The translations under genes and the position numbers were made by a program. DNA of 64,000 nt from NCBI GenBank assembly GCA_049585595.1, contig JBAVAG010000025.1, positions 17,632 to 81,631 on the forward strand. Reading direction: 5' to 3'. Below the pieces are notes generated by a model. It did not search any database. It had not been told where the DNA came from and saw only the letters and a list, made by a program, of their open reading frames with translations. This document shows, one piece after another, positions 1 to 8,035 of the stretch. Within the stretch, counting starts at the first letter, position 1, and every line of letters starts with the position of its first letter. The stretch is from Desulfobaccales bacterium (GTDB taxonomy: Bacteria > Desulfobacterota > Desulfobaccia > Desulfobaccales > 0-14-0-80-60-11).

Positions 1-176
1 TTCGAAATTGGACTTCCATTTATCCGCAGTTCGGAATATTCACAAATGCGCTGATTGAGAGGTTGCTCGGAAAATAATTTTAGGAATTCCAGCCTTTCCC
101 GGAGCGGGATTCTGAAATAAAGCGGGCTTTCCATCAAAACCGCCAGAAGCTCTCTTCTAACGAATGCAGTCGCCAT
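1..176 (-). CDS. hypothetical protein, N-terminal part only (gene runs off the left edge)
   Basis: Minus-strand ATG at 174-176 with GGGAGG 7 nt upstream. Frame is open to position 1 (MATAFVRRELLAVLMESPLYFRIPLRERLEF...). No family recognised. It is the first ORF downstream of the riboswitch-like leaders. Confidence 0.4.
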   Translation of the reverse strand, partial: MATAFVRRELLAVLMESPLYFRIPLRERLEFLKLFSEQPLNQRICEYSELRINGSPIS

Positions 177-274
177 TTGGGAATTCCTCCCAGCTTATGA
201 GATTTATCTGGTTGGTTTGCCGATGCCTCTTGGGCTTCGCTGGCAATATTGTTCATCGCTGAGAAACCAAAATC

Positions 275-366
275 AAAAAGCCGGGCTGCCCCACCTGCAG
301 GCAACCCGGCTATCTCTTAAAGACCCGTGGTTTTCCGTCCCCACCTCGCGGCGGGTTTGGCTTTTT
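275..366 (-). promoter_or_regulatory. c-di-GMP-I (GEMM-I)-like riboswitch aptamer plus intrinsic terminator, proximal copy
   Basis: The minus strand reads AAGCCAAACC-CGCC-GCGA-GGTG-GGGACGGAAAACCACGGGTC...GATAGCCGGGTTGCC. This resembles the Vc2-type pattern GGCAAACC-hairpin(GNRA)-GGGACGCAAAGCC-CGG...GCGGGGUUACC. It is followed by the hairpin CCGGGTTGCC/GGCAGCCCGG and T5. The 5' arm of the terminator overlaps the 3' strand of the aptamer. Confidence 0.5.
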
Positions 367-399
367 CTTCAGGGTAAAAAAATTATATTTGGTAAACGA

Positions 400-428
400 A
401 TGATAAGTATATATCGAAAGCTTGTAAA
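400..428 (-). promoter_or_regulatory. sigma70-type promoter for the proximal riboswitch unit
   Basis: Minus strand TTTACA (423-428), 17-nt spacer, TATCAT (400-405). It lies about 35 nt upstream of the aptamer. Confidence 0.4.
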
Positions 429-569
429 CCTATAAATGCTAACGGATGATGACGAATTACTCATAACGGCCTTGGGACCAGCGGGGTCAAACGCCGGTTT
501 TAGAGCAGTTACAGAGAGATCAGTCCAGTCTGAACCAAGTCTTGCTCAGATCGCCATGATTAGCCGCAC

Positions 570-663
570 AAAAAAAACCGGTCTGCCTGCATCCAGGCAA
601 CCCGGCTATCTCTTAAAGACCCGTGGCTTTCCGTCCCCCCCTCACGGCGGGTTTGGCTTTTCC
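570..663 (-). promoter_or_regulatory. c-di-GMP-I (GEMM-I)-like riboswitch aptamer plus intrinsic terminator, distal copy
   Basis: About 85% identical to 275-366. The GNRA loop is GTGA with compensatory stem changes. Terminator hairpin CCGGGTTGCCTG/CAGGCAGACCGG followed by T8. Confidence 0.5.
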
Positions 664-672
664 GGCAACATA

Positions 673-701
673 TATTTAAGCCTTACCTCTAAATCCGTCA
701 A
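673..701 (-). promoter_or_regulatory. sigma70-type promoter for the distal riboswitch unit
   Basis: Minus strand TTGACG (696-701), 17-nt spacer, TAAATA (673-678). Confidence 0.4.
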
Positions 702-977
702 GGTTTTTTGAGGAATGATTAAATAATTTTAGGCTCATTATAAAAGGTCTGCCACAGGTTTGGTGAGATAAGCGGCGAGGAGTGTTGCCGGAGGCGTTAC
801 GGCAGCGTGACTGTGAAGAAGAACGTGCCGCCAGGAACAAAGGCGCGAATATATTGCGGCATAAGTTAGGCCTAACCCAATTGCCCAAGGCGGGAGGCGT
901 TTCACTTTCCCGCCCTACGGCTACTGAAGGCGGGACGCGCTTCGCTTTCCGGCCCTACGAGCTTCCACTCTTTGCCA

Positions 978-1175
978 CTAGTATTGTGTCCCACGGAAAC
1001 GTTGCATAAATGTTTTGCCTTTTCCCCTCGTCCTTGAGGGGGCGCCACCGGGTGGGGGTGGTAATTTATTGTTCATTTACCATATGTTGCCACCCTCCCC
1101 CCAACCCCCTCCCCTCTCAGGGAGGGGGGGTTATCCCAAATCTTTTGGTAAGATAATTGTGGGACCTAGTACTAG
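978..1175 (+). mobile_element. 198-bp MITE-like repeat, full-length copy 1
   Basis: Terminal inverted repeats CTAGTATTGTGTCCCAC ... GTGGGACCTAGTACTAG. Two internal CCCCTC/GAGGGG hairpin modules. Near-identical copies at 58071-58268 (same orientation) and 53358-53555 (inverted). Confidence 0.7.
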
Positions 1176-1237
1176 CAATGCGAGGAAAAATGCTTCCATT
1201 TGCAATAATTAGCAATAAAAAAATGGGAATCTTTAAA

Positions 1238-1645
1238 TTAAGGGCCAGTCCTCTGATAGGCAGTGCGATAAATAAATCCCTCGGGATTTATCCAAAACAT
1301 CTCGGTACTGATATGAGATACCATCCCACCCCGGGATGAACCACCCCCGCCGGACCCTCCACCTCGAGAAGAACCACCGCCGGAACCGCCGCCGCTATGT
1401 CGGCCCGTACCACCGCCGCTACCGGAATCAGGGGATAACTCCGATGACGAATATATGAAAATTTTGCCGCCCTGACCGTCGTCCAATTTTTCGTCGGGCG
1501 GTCCCTTGGCAGCAATCAGGTCGTTAAAGTTTTTGCCCTTCCAACCTGCTTCTAACTGCTGGGCCTTCTCGCCGGGGCTGGTGACACAAGCCCCGATGAG
1601 CAGGGCAATAAGAGCCAGAGCCAAGATTTCAATTTTTGCATCCAA
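1238..1645 (-). CDS. small lipoprotein with Gly/Ser-rich C-terminal half
   Basis: Signal peptide with lipobox (LIALLIGAC). GGGSGGG repeats in the C-terminal half. Confidence 0.6.
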   Translation of the reverse strand: MDAKIEILALALIALLIGACVTSPGEKAQQLEAGWKGKNFNDLIAAKGPPDEKLDDGQGGKIFIYSSSELSPDSGSGGGTGRHSGGGSGGGSSRGGGSGGGGSSRGGMVSHISTEMFWINPEGFIYRTAYQRTGP

Positions 1646-1691
1646 CTTCCTAGCCCGTAGGGCTGCCGTTATTGGAACCGGCAGGCCACCA

Positions 1692-2306
1692 TCAAAAATG
1701 GTCGAAGGGGATCCCCAACAGCAGCCTCACATGGTCCTCTACACATTCTTCCAGGACCTCCGGGTTATACCCGCCTTCGAGCACCGTGATCAGCCGGCCT
1801 GAGGCCGTCTCCAGCGCCAGGTCCAGAAGCAACTGCGCCATGTCCCGGTATCCCTGCCTGGTCACCCTCATTTGGGCCAGCGGATCTTTCTCATGGGCGT
1901 CAAATCCCGCAGAGATAAAGACGAGCTGGGGCGCAAACTGCCGCAGCCGGGGCAGCGCCTCGGTTTTCAAGACCTCCAGGTACTTGGCGTCTCCGCTGCG
2001 GGGCGGCAGCGGCAGGTTCAGGGTGAACCCCTTACCTGCGCCAATTCCCTCCTCTTCGCGGTAGCCGGTGCCGGGATAACAATAGCGCGGGTCTTCGTGC
2101 CGTTCCACCCATTCCAGCGGGGCGTAGTCGGGTCTGAGGCGCTCCAGTAACTCCAGCACGGAGTCCATTTCGAGGTCGCTTTGGATGGCCTTCAGCCGGG
2201 CGAGACTTTCCGGATGCCATGAGCCTGGATCGTGCAATAGATAGCGCAGGGCATAAACGTAGCCGGTACGGCGCATAGCTTTCTCCTGGTTTGCCCGCGG
2301 GTCCAT
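1692..2306 (-). CDS. histone deacetylase/acetoin-utilisation (HDAC) family protein with an internal deletion of the catalytic core
   Basis: N-terminus MRRTGYVYALRYLLHDPGSWHPE and C-terminus YPGTG..NLPLP..SAGFDAH..DPL..EGGYN are classic HDAC blocks. The roughly 130 aa between them (HH dyad, DxH zinc ligands) are absent, leaving only 204 aa. Confidence 0.6.
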   Translation of the reverse strand: MDPRANQEKAMRRTGYVYALRYLLHDPGSWHPESLARLKAIQSDLEMDSVLELLERLRPDYAPLEWVERHEDPRYCYPGTGYREEEGIGAGKGFTLNLPLPPRSGDAKYLEVLKTEALPRLRQFAPQLVFISAGFDAHEKDPLAQMRVTRQGYRDMAQLLLDLALETASGRLITVLEGGYNPEVLEECVEDHVRLLLGIPFDHF

Positions 2307-2311
2307 GATAG

Positions 2312-2524
2312 ATGATTTTCATCATAACTCGAAGAGCCGGGCCGGGCAAACCTATCGGTAGGGGCGGCTTTACCACCAAGGTGGGGGGAACCGGTCTGGA
2401 CATGGTCTTTGTGCGGCAGATCATCGACGAACACCGGGGAACCATCGGCTTGGAAAGTGTGGTGGGGCAGGGCACCACCGTTACTATCAGGCTGCCCATC
2501 CGCTTCGCTGAATCTCCGATCTGA
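2312..2524 (+). pseudogene. histidine kinase HATPase_c fragment (C-terminal remnant)
   Basis: FTTKVGGTGLDMVFVRQIIDEHRGTIGLESVVGQGTTVTIRLP matches the G2 box and C-terminus of histidine kinases (compare the intact HK at 46657-48123). No HisKA or sensor part lies upstream. Confidence 0.55.
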
Positions 2525-2690
2525 GTCATGTTCAGGTCTGGCATTCCCGAATTTTCCCCGCCAAAGCGGTAATTGGCGCGCCGCTTCAGCTATCTTAACT
2601 TCGCACAGCGTAGATACGCGGCCATCAGAGTTGGAATCCCATATTCAAAATCTCAGGAGACCTCACTTTTTCCGCACAAGGTGTGCTATC

Positions 2691-4526
2691 ATGGTGCCGG
2701 GGTCCGGCATGAATCATCCAAAGTGGGTTGCCACCATCCAAAAATTCTTCGCTTCCCTGTTCGCGCCGGCGGATGGTGAGCGCTATGGCTGGTCCAGCCA
2801 TGTTCGCTGGCCCCTCCTCAGCATCGTGGTGGGCATCTTTGCGGGGTTGGGGGCCATCTTCTTCGAAGTGCTCCTGAAATATACCCTGCGCCTCCTCCTG
2901 AATCTGCCAACCGGCTACCTGGAACCGGTGAAAGGGTCGGTACCCCTGCTGATCGCCAGCATGGCCCAAACCCGCACCTGGCTCTTTCTGCTCATCCCCA
3001 CTTTGGGCGGCTTGGTTGCCGGCCTTTTGGTCTTTCTGCTGGCGCCGGAGGCGGAAGGGCATGGCACCGACGCCATGATTGACGCCTTCCATCACGCCGG
3101 CGGCTTCATCCGCAAGCGGGTGCCCCTCGTTAAGGTCCTGGCTTCGGCAATCACCATCGGCAGCGGCGGCTCCGCCGGCAAAGAGGGGCCCATCGCCCAG
3201 ATCGGCGCCGGTCTGGGGTCGATTCTGGCCAGCCTGATGAGCCTCCGGCCCCGGGACCGGCGCATCCTGGTGCTGGCCGGCGCCGCCGGGGGCATCGGCG
3301 CCATCTTCCACGCCCCTTTGGGCGCCGCCCTGTTTGCACCGGAGGTCTTGTACCGGGAAACCGAGTTTGAATTTGAGGCCATCATGCCTTGTATCGTGGC
3401 TTCCATCGTGGCTTCGTCGGTATTTGACCAGTACTCCGGCCGGGCCGCCCTCTTTTTCCCGGGAAGGGTTAACTTCGAGCCCAGGGAACTCCTGGCTTAT
3501 CTCGTCTTTGGCTGCGTCTGCGCTTTGATAGGCTATATCTACATTAAGGTATTCTATGGCGCCCGGGACCGGTTTTTCCACCCCCTGAAGATCCCCAGAA
3601 TCTTCAAGCCCGCCCTGGGGGGCCTGATGCTGGGAGTGATCGCCTTTCTGGGCCCACCCATCCTGGACGGCGGCTACGGCTGGATTCAGGTGGCCATGGA
3701 GGGGAAAATCATCTGGAGCACCATGCTGCTGCTGGTCTTCTTGAAGATTGCCGCCACCAGCTGCACCATCAGTTCGGGAGGCAGCGGCGGCGTGTTCGGG
3801 CCCTCGATCTTCATCGGCGCCATGCTGGGCGGGGCCTTCGGCTTTCTGGGGCACAGCCTGGCTCCCTACTGGGTGGTCAATCCCAACTCCTTCGTGTTGG
3901 TGGGCATCGGCGGCTTCTTCGCCGGGGTTGCCAAGGTGCCGGTGGCCTCCATCATCATAGCCTGTGAGATGTGCGCCAGTTACACCTTGCTGGTGCCGCT
4001 GATGCTGGTCTCCGCCATTTCTTACCTGTTCCTGGGCAAGAACAGTCTCTATGAAAAGCAACTGGTCACCCGCCTGGCGTCCCCTGCCCACCTGGGGGAG
4101 TTCGCCCGGGGACTGCTGGAGGAGAGCTTCGTGCGGGACGCCATCCTGCCCCGGAAGGTCATCACCATCCCGGAATCGTTGCCTTTCGGGGAACTTATCA
4201 AGGTCGTCACCGAATCCCCGGACGCCTATTACCCCGTAGTCGATGAGCAGGGCAAGATGACCGGCATCCTGTCCATTAATGATATCCGGGGAGTCCTGTT
4301 TGAAGAGACCCTGGCCCAGGTGATCATCGCCAAGGACGTGGCCACCCCCACCGTCGTCCGGGTCATATGGGATGAATCATTACAGGACGCCCTGGAAAAA
4401 ATGGCCCGGATCAACGTCAACGAATTGCCGGTGGTGCGGCAGGAAGCCCCCAACGAGATCATCGGCATGATCGCCAAACGGGATATCATCAGCTACTACT
4501 ATGAACGCAGCCGGAAATGGGTGTGA
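2691..4526 (+). CDS. ClC-family chloride channel/H+-Cl- antiporter with C-terminal CBS pair
   Basis: GSGGSAGKEGP and GGSGGVFGPS selectivity-filter-type motifs, many TM helices, and two CBS-like repeats at the C-terminus. The start was moved to ATG 2691 because the upstream part of the ORF is non-protein-like. Confidence 0.85.
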   Translation: MVPGSGMNHPKWVATIQKFFASLFAPADGERYGWSSHVRWPLLSIVVGIFAGLGAIFFEVLLKYTLRLLLNLPTGYLEPVKGSVPLLIASMAQTRTWLFLLIPTLGGLVAGLLVFLLAPEAEGHGTDAMIDAFHHAGGFIRKRVPLVKVLASAITIGSGGSAGKEGPIAQIGAGLGSILASLMSLRPRDRRILVLAGAAGGIGAIFHAPLGAALFAPEVLYRETEFEFEAIMPCIVASIVASSVFDQYSGRAALFFPGRVNFEPRELLAYLVFGCVCALIGYIYIKVFYGARDRFFHPLKIPRIFKPALGGLMLGVIAFLGPPILDGGYGWIQVAMEGKIIWSTMLLLVFLKIAATSCTISSGGSGGVFGPSIFIGAMLGGAFGFLGHSLAPYWVVNPNSFVLVGIGGFFAGVAKVPVASIIIACEMCASYTLLVPLMLVSAISYLFLGKNSLYEKQLVTRLASPAHLGEFARGLLEESFVRDAILPRKVITIPESLPFGELIKVVTESPDAYYPVVDEQGKMTGILSINDIRGVLFEETLAQVIIAKDVATPTVVRVIWDESLQDALEKMARINVNELPVVRQEAPNEIIGMIAKRDIISYYYERSRKWV

Positions 4527-4667
4527 TTCCGGGTAGGCCTGCAATAATTTTCCGTCTCCAGCAGCCGTTAAATATGCCAGTTTTAAACTAATCGAAAGGT
4601 TTGTTTTGTAAGGTCCTTGAAATTGCGTTTTGGAAATACACCTCAATTCGGGTCCAGGGAGCGAGTC

Positions 4668-5744
4668 ATGCGTGAATTCAAGATCGCAGCCATCCCGGGT
4701 GATGGCATCGGCAAGGAAGTTGTGGCTGCCGGCCTCGAAGCTCTCGAGGCCCTCGCGCAGCGCGACGGCGGCTTCCGCCTGAAGGTCGAGTCCTTCGACT
4801 GGGGATCGGACTATTACAAGAAGCACGGCGTCATGATGCCGGAGGATGGCCGCGAGACGCTTAAGAAATTCGACGCCATCTACTTCGGGGCGGTGGGCGC
4901 CCCCGACGTGCCCGACCACCTCACGCTGTGGGGCCTGCGTCTCAACATCTGCCAGCCGTTCGACCAGTACGCCAATGTCCGCCCCACCCGCATCCTCCCA
5001 GGTATTAAGAGCCCCCTGGGAGGGGTCCGGCGTCAGGACCTGGACTGGGTTATCGTGCGCGAGAATTCCGAGGGCGAGTATGCCGGCCAAGGCGGGCGTA
5101 CCCATCGAGGCTTTCCCGAGGAGGTCGCCACCGAGGTGGCCATTTTCACCCGGGCCGGTGTCACCCGCATCATGCGCTTCGCTTTCGCACTCGCCCGTTC
5201 GCGGCCGCGCCGGCTGCTGACCGTCGTCACCAAGTCCAATGCCCAGCGCCACGGCATGGTGATGTGGGACGAGATTGCCGCCGCGGTCGCGGCCGAGTTC
5301 CCGGACGTGACCTGGGACAAAATGCTGGTTGACGCCATGACCATGCGGATGACCCTGAACCCGGAAACGCTCGACACCATCGTGGCGACCAACCTCCACG
5401 CCGACATCCTATCCGATCTGGCGGCGGCGCTGGCCGGTTCGCCAGGGATGGCGCCAACCGCCAACCTCAACCCCGAGCGCCAGTTCCCGTCCATGTTCGA
5501 GCCGATCCACGGCTCGGCCTTCGACATCGCCGGCCAGGGCATCGCCAACCCCATCGGCACCTTCTGGACTGCCTGCCTGATGCTGGAGCATCTGGGCGAG
5601 AAGGCGGCTGCCGGCCGGCTGATGCGGGCGATCGAACGGGTGACCGCGGCGCCGTCGCTGCACACGCCCGACCTCGGCGGCACCGCCACCACCCGCCAGG
5701 TCACCGCTGCGGTGATCGCCGCGATCCGGGCCGACGACGAGTAG
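4668..5744 (+). CDS. tartrate dehydrogenase/decarboxylase (D-malate dehydrogenase; isocitrate/isopropylmalate dehydrogenase family)
   Basis: MREFKIAAIPGDGIGKEV...DAIYFGAVG...NVRP...ENSEGEYAG...NLHADILSDLAA pattern typical of the TtuC-type beta-decarboxylating dehydrogenases. Confidence 0.8.
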   Translation: MREFKIAAIPGDGIGKEVVAAGLEALEALAQRDGGFRLKVESFDWGSDYYKKHGVMMPEDGRETLKKFDAIYFGAVGAPDVPDHLTLWGLRLNICQPFDQYANVRPTRILPGIKSPLGGVRRQDLDWVIVRENSEGEYAGQGGRTHRGFPEEVATEVAIFTRAGVTRIMRFAFALARSRPRRLLTVVTKSNAQRHGMVMWDEIAAAVAAEFPDVTWDKMLVDAMTMRMTLNPETLDTIVATNLHADILSDLAAALAGSPGMAPTANLNPERQFPSMFEPIHGSAFDIAGQGIANPIGTFWTACLMLEHLGEKAAAGRLMRAIERVTAAPSLHTPDLGGTATTRQVTAAVIAAIRADDE

Positions 5745-5785
5745 GCGCGGCGGAACGGGGGCAGGTGGCGCCGCCCGTTTGGCCG

Positions 5786-5896
5786 CTAGTGTTATGTCAC
5801 ACAATTATCTTAACCAAAGATTTGAGACACCCCCCATCCAGGGGGAGGGAAAAAGGCAAAGCATTTAGGCACCGTTTCCGTGAGATTCAATACTAG
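5786..5896 (-). mobile_element. MITE-like repeat, 111-bp deletion variant
   Basis: Same termini as the 198-bp family (CTAGTGTTATGTCAC ... GAGATTCAATACTAG), but only one internal hairpin module. Same orientation as the 53358-53555 copy. Confidence 0.6.
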
Positions 5897-6004
5897 ACCG
5901 CCTGACTGCCGAAAGGTGGGAAGATTAGCAAATGTTCAAGGCAGTGGGACTAAGAGTGGGCAATATTTCGATGATTACCCGGTATGGGAGGGAGGTAAAC
6001 CTGT

Positions 6005-7426
6005 ATGGACAAGAAATTGCTTAGAAAGGCGCTGATACCGGTAATGGTCTGGATCGTTCTGATGTTGATCCCGGTTCCCCAGGGTTTACCGCCTCATGCC
6101 TGGTATTATTTTGCCTTATTTGTGGGTGTCATCTTGGGGGTGCTGCTGGAACCGATACCGGCAGCGGCGATAGGCATGATTGGGGTGACGCTCGCGGCTG
6201 CCTTGCAGCTAGTCTCCACTAACCCGGGTAATGCTCTCAAGTGGTCTCTTTCAGGATTTTCCAATGGCACTGTCTGGTTGATCTTTGTGGCCTACATGTT
6301 TGCCCTGGGTTATGAAAAAACCGGTCTGGGCCGCCGCATTGCCCTTTTCCTGGTGAAGCACCTCGGGAAGAAAACCTTGGGGCTGGGTTATGCAATTGCC
6401 CTGTCAGACCTCGTTTTGGCCCCTTTCATTCCGTCCAATACGGCGCGCAGCGGCGGCACCATCTATCCCATTATCGAAAACATTCCCAAATTATACGGGT
6501 CATCTCCGGGGGAGACCTCCCGCAAGATTGGCTCTTATATCATGTGGACTGCCTTAGCCACGACCTGCGTCACCAGTTCCATGTTTCTCACGGGGCTGGC
6601 TCCGAACCTTATGGCCCTGGAATTGGTGAGTAAAACAGTAAAGGTGAGTATTACCTGGCGGGAATGGTTTTTGGGTTTTCTGCCGGTGGGCGCCTTGCTT
6701 CTGATATTCCTCCCTTATCTGGTGTATAAGATTTATCCGCCGGAGATCAAATCGAGCGAGAATGTCCCCGCCTGGGCCCGGGAGGAACTGGCCAAAATGG
6801 GCAAAGTTGCACCAAAAGAGCTAACCATGGCAGGTCTGGCGTTCATGGCGCTGGTGCTGTGGATCTTTGGCGGCAGCTGGTTCGATGCGACGACCGTAGC
6901 CCTGATGGTTTTCTCGCTGATGATTGTGGTGGGTATTATCACGTGGAACGATATCTTGGGTCACAAGCAAGCCTGGAATGTCCTGGTATGGTTTGCCACC
7001 CTGGTCACCCTGGCGGATGGTTTGAGGATCGTTGGCTTTCTCAAATGGTTTGCGGCCATCGCGGCAGACGCCATGAAGGGCATACCTGTCATGTGGATGG
7101 TAGTTATGTTTGTTGCCATCTTTTTCCTGGTCCATTATATGTTTGCCAGCCTTACGGGACACACCACCGCCTTGCTCCCCGTATTTTTGGCAACAGCCAT
7201 GGTGGTCCCCGGGATGCCCATAAAACTGCTTGCCATGCTTCTTTGTTATACGCTGGGGATGATGGGCATTCTCACCCCTTATGCCACAGGGCCGAGCCCT
7301 ATTTACTATGGGAGCGGCTATATTCCGCCTAAAGATTTCTGGAGGTTGGGGCTCATATTCGGCTTGATCTTTCTGGGAGTTTTTCTGGTTGTCGGCGTTC
7401 CTTATTTGGGGTGGTATATCTATTAA
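6005..7426 (+). CDS. DASS-family anion/dicarboxylate transporter (tartrate/succinate-type)
   Basis: 473 aa polytopic protein with the SNTARSGG motif and the overall look of TtdT/YflS-like divalent anion:Na+ symporter family members. Confidence 0.75.
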   Translation: MDKKLLRKALIPVMVWIVLMLIPVPQGLPPHAWYYFALFVGVILGVLLEPIPAAAIGMIGVTLAAALQLVSTNPGNALKWSLSGFSNGTVWLIFVAYMFALGYEKTGLGRRIALFLVKHLGKKTLGLGYAIALSDLVLAPFIPSNTARSGGTIYPIIENIPKLYGSSPGETSRKIGSYIMWTALATTCVTSSMFLTGLAPNLMALELVSKTVKVSITWREWFLGFLPVGALLLIFLPYLVYKIYPPEIKSSENVPAWAREELAKMGKVAPKELTMAGLAFMALVLWIFGGSWFDATTVALMVFSLMIVVGIITWNDILGHKQAWNVLVWFATLVTLADGLRIVGFLKWFAAIAADAMKGIPVMWMVVMFVAIFFLVHYMFASLTGHTTALLPVFLATAMVVPGMPIKLLAMLLCYTLGMMGILTPYATGPSPIYYGSGYIPPKDFWRLGLIFGLIFLGVFLVVGVPYLGWYIY

Positions 7427-7469
7427 AAAAATGGGAATTATATACTTGACTCCCGATTCCATGACGGCC

Positions 7470-7516
7470 GTAGGGGCGGCGTCTCGCCTGCCCTGGGCGG
7501 GGGAACCCCGCCCCTA
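7470..7516. repeat. GTAGGGGCGG...CCGCCCCTAC palindromic hairpin repeat
   Basis: Perfect terminal palindrome. Relatives at 48506-48537, 48548-48576 and 59518-59545. Confidence 0.7.
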
Positions 7517-7564
7517 CAAAAGATAATCGAGGGATTCAAATATATAATTCCCAAAAAAATTCTG

Positions 7565-7712
7565 GGAAGTTTCCCTCAGAGACCTCTGCGAAAACCAACT
7601 TTGTCATCCTGAGCGAAGCGAAGGATCTCGTATTTCTTTAGTATTTATGAGATTCTGCGGTCGCTTCGCTCCCTCAGAATGACAAGAATGGGGACTTTCC
7701 TAGAAGTTTCCT
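7565..7712. repeat. long inverted-repeat element (TGTCATCCTGAGCGAAGCGAAGGATCTC ... GAGATTCTGCGGTCGCTTCGCTCCCTCAGAATGACA)
   Basis: Arms of about 35 bp around a roughly 20-nt AT-rich loop. Second copy at 48300-48432. Confidence 0.7.
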
Positions 7713-7727
7713 TCTGTGCCTGCACCT

Positions 7728-7845
7728 GGCAATTTTCCGGAGGCGAATGGAAGCCGGCGTCACTTCCACCAATTCATCGTGGTTGCTGAACTCCAGGGCT
7801 TCCTCCAGGCTAAAGTGTCTGGCGGGGACGAGCCGCAAGGGGCTT
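7728..7845 (-). pseudogene. displaced 3'-end fragment of typA
   Basis: 51 nt identical and the next roughly 65 nt about 85% identical to 34137-34254, the real typA 3' end. Translates to ...[39 protein letters not shown]. Confidence 0.8.
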
Positions 7846-7939
7846 CCCCGCTCCCTGTTTGCCGTGCCCGCCGCGGGTAATTAACTCATATCGATAATTT
7901 TAGACGCTGCGAAGATCAGTGCTAGTTTTGGCAAGTTAG

Positions 7940-8035
7940 TCGCTACCTGTGCCATGCTCATTTCACTGCTATGACTGGGAACTTATCAAGACTCTGAAAA
8001 CTTCCCCTATCCAGATCATATCCGGAATTTTTTCT
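7940..8035 (-). pseudogene. IS3-family transposase (OrfB, DDE/rve) relic
   Basis: About 80% identical over about 68 nt to 29118-29185. The minus-strand translation contains a D-x-DRGS-like stretch interrupted by stops. Confidence 0.4.

Noticed and set aside
436-711. 91-aa plus-strand ORF (and 217-435) across the riboswitch-like region.
   Set aside because: These ORFs overlap the two structured repeats and terminators. Their composition is not protein-like, and the repeated peptide is a by-product of the RNA repeat.
2625-4091. 488-aa minus-strand ORF antisense to the ClC gene. Similar long antisense or off-frame ORFs occur elsewhere, e.g. 4380-5399(-), 12783-13673(-), 17737-19704(-), 20062-21147(-), 31554-32900(-), 34812-36035(+), 44577-45611(+), 53673-54647(-), 56495-57688(-) and 62891-63961(-).
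   Set aside because: These are typical high-GC shadow ORFs. They are rich in Arg/Gly/Pro/His with low complexity and no recognisable motifs, and each overlaps a gene with strong family signatures on the other strand or in another frame.
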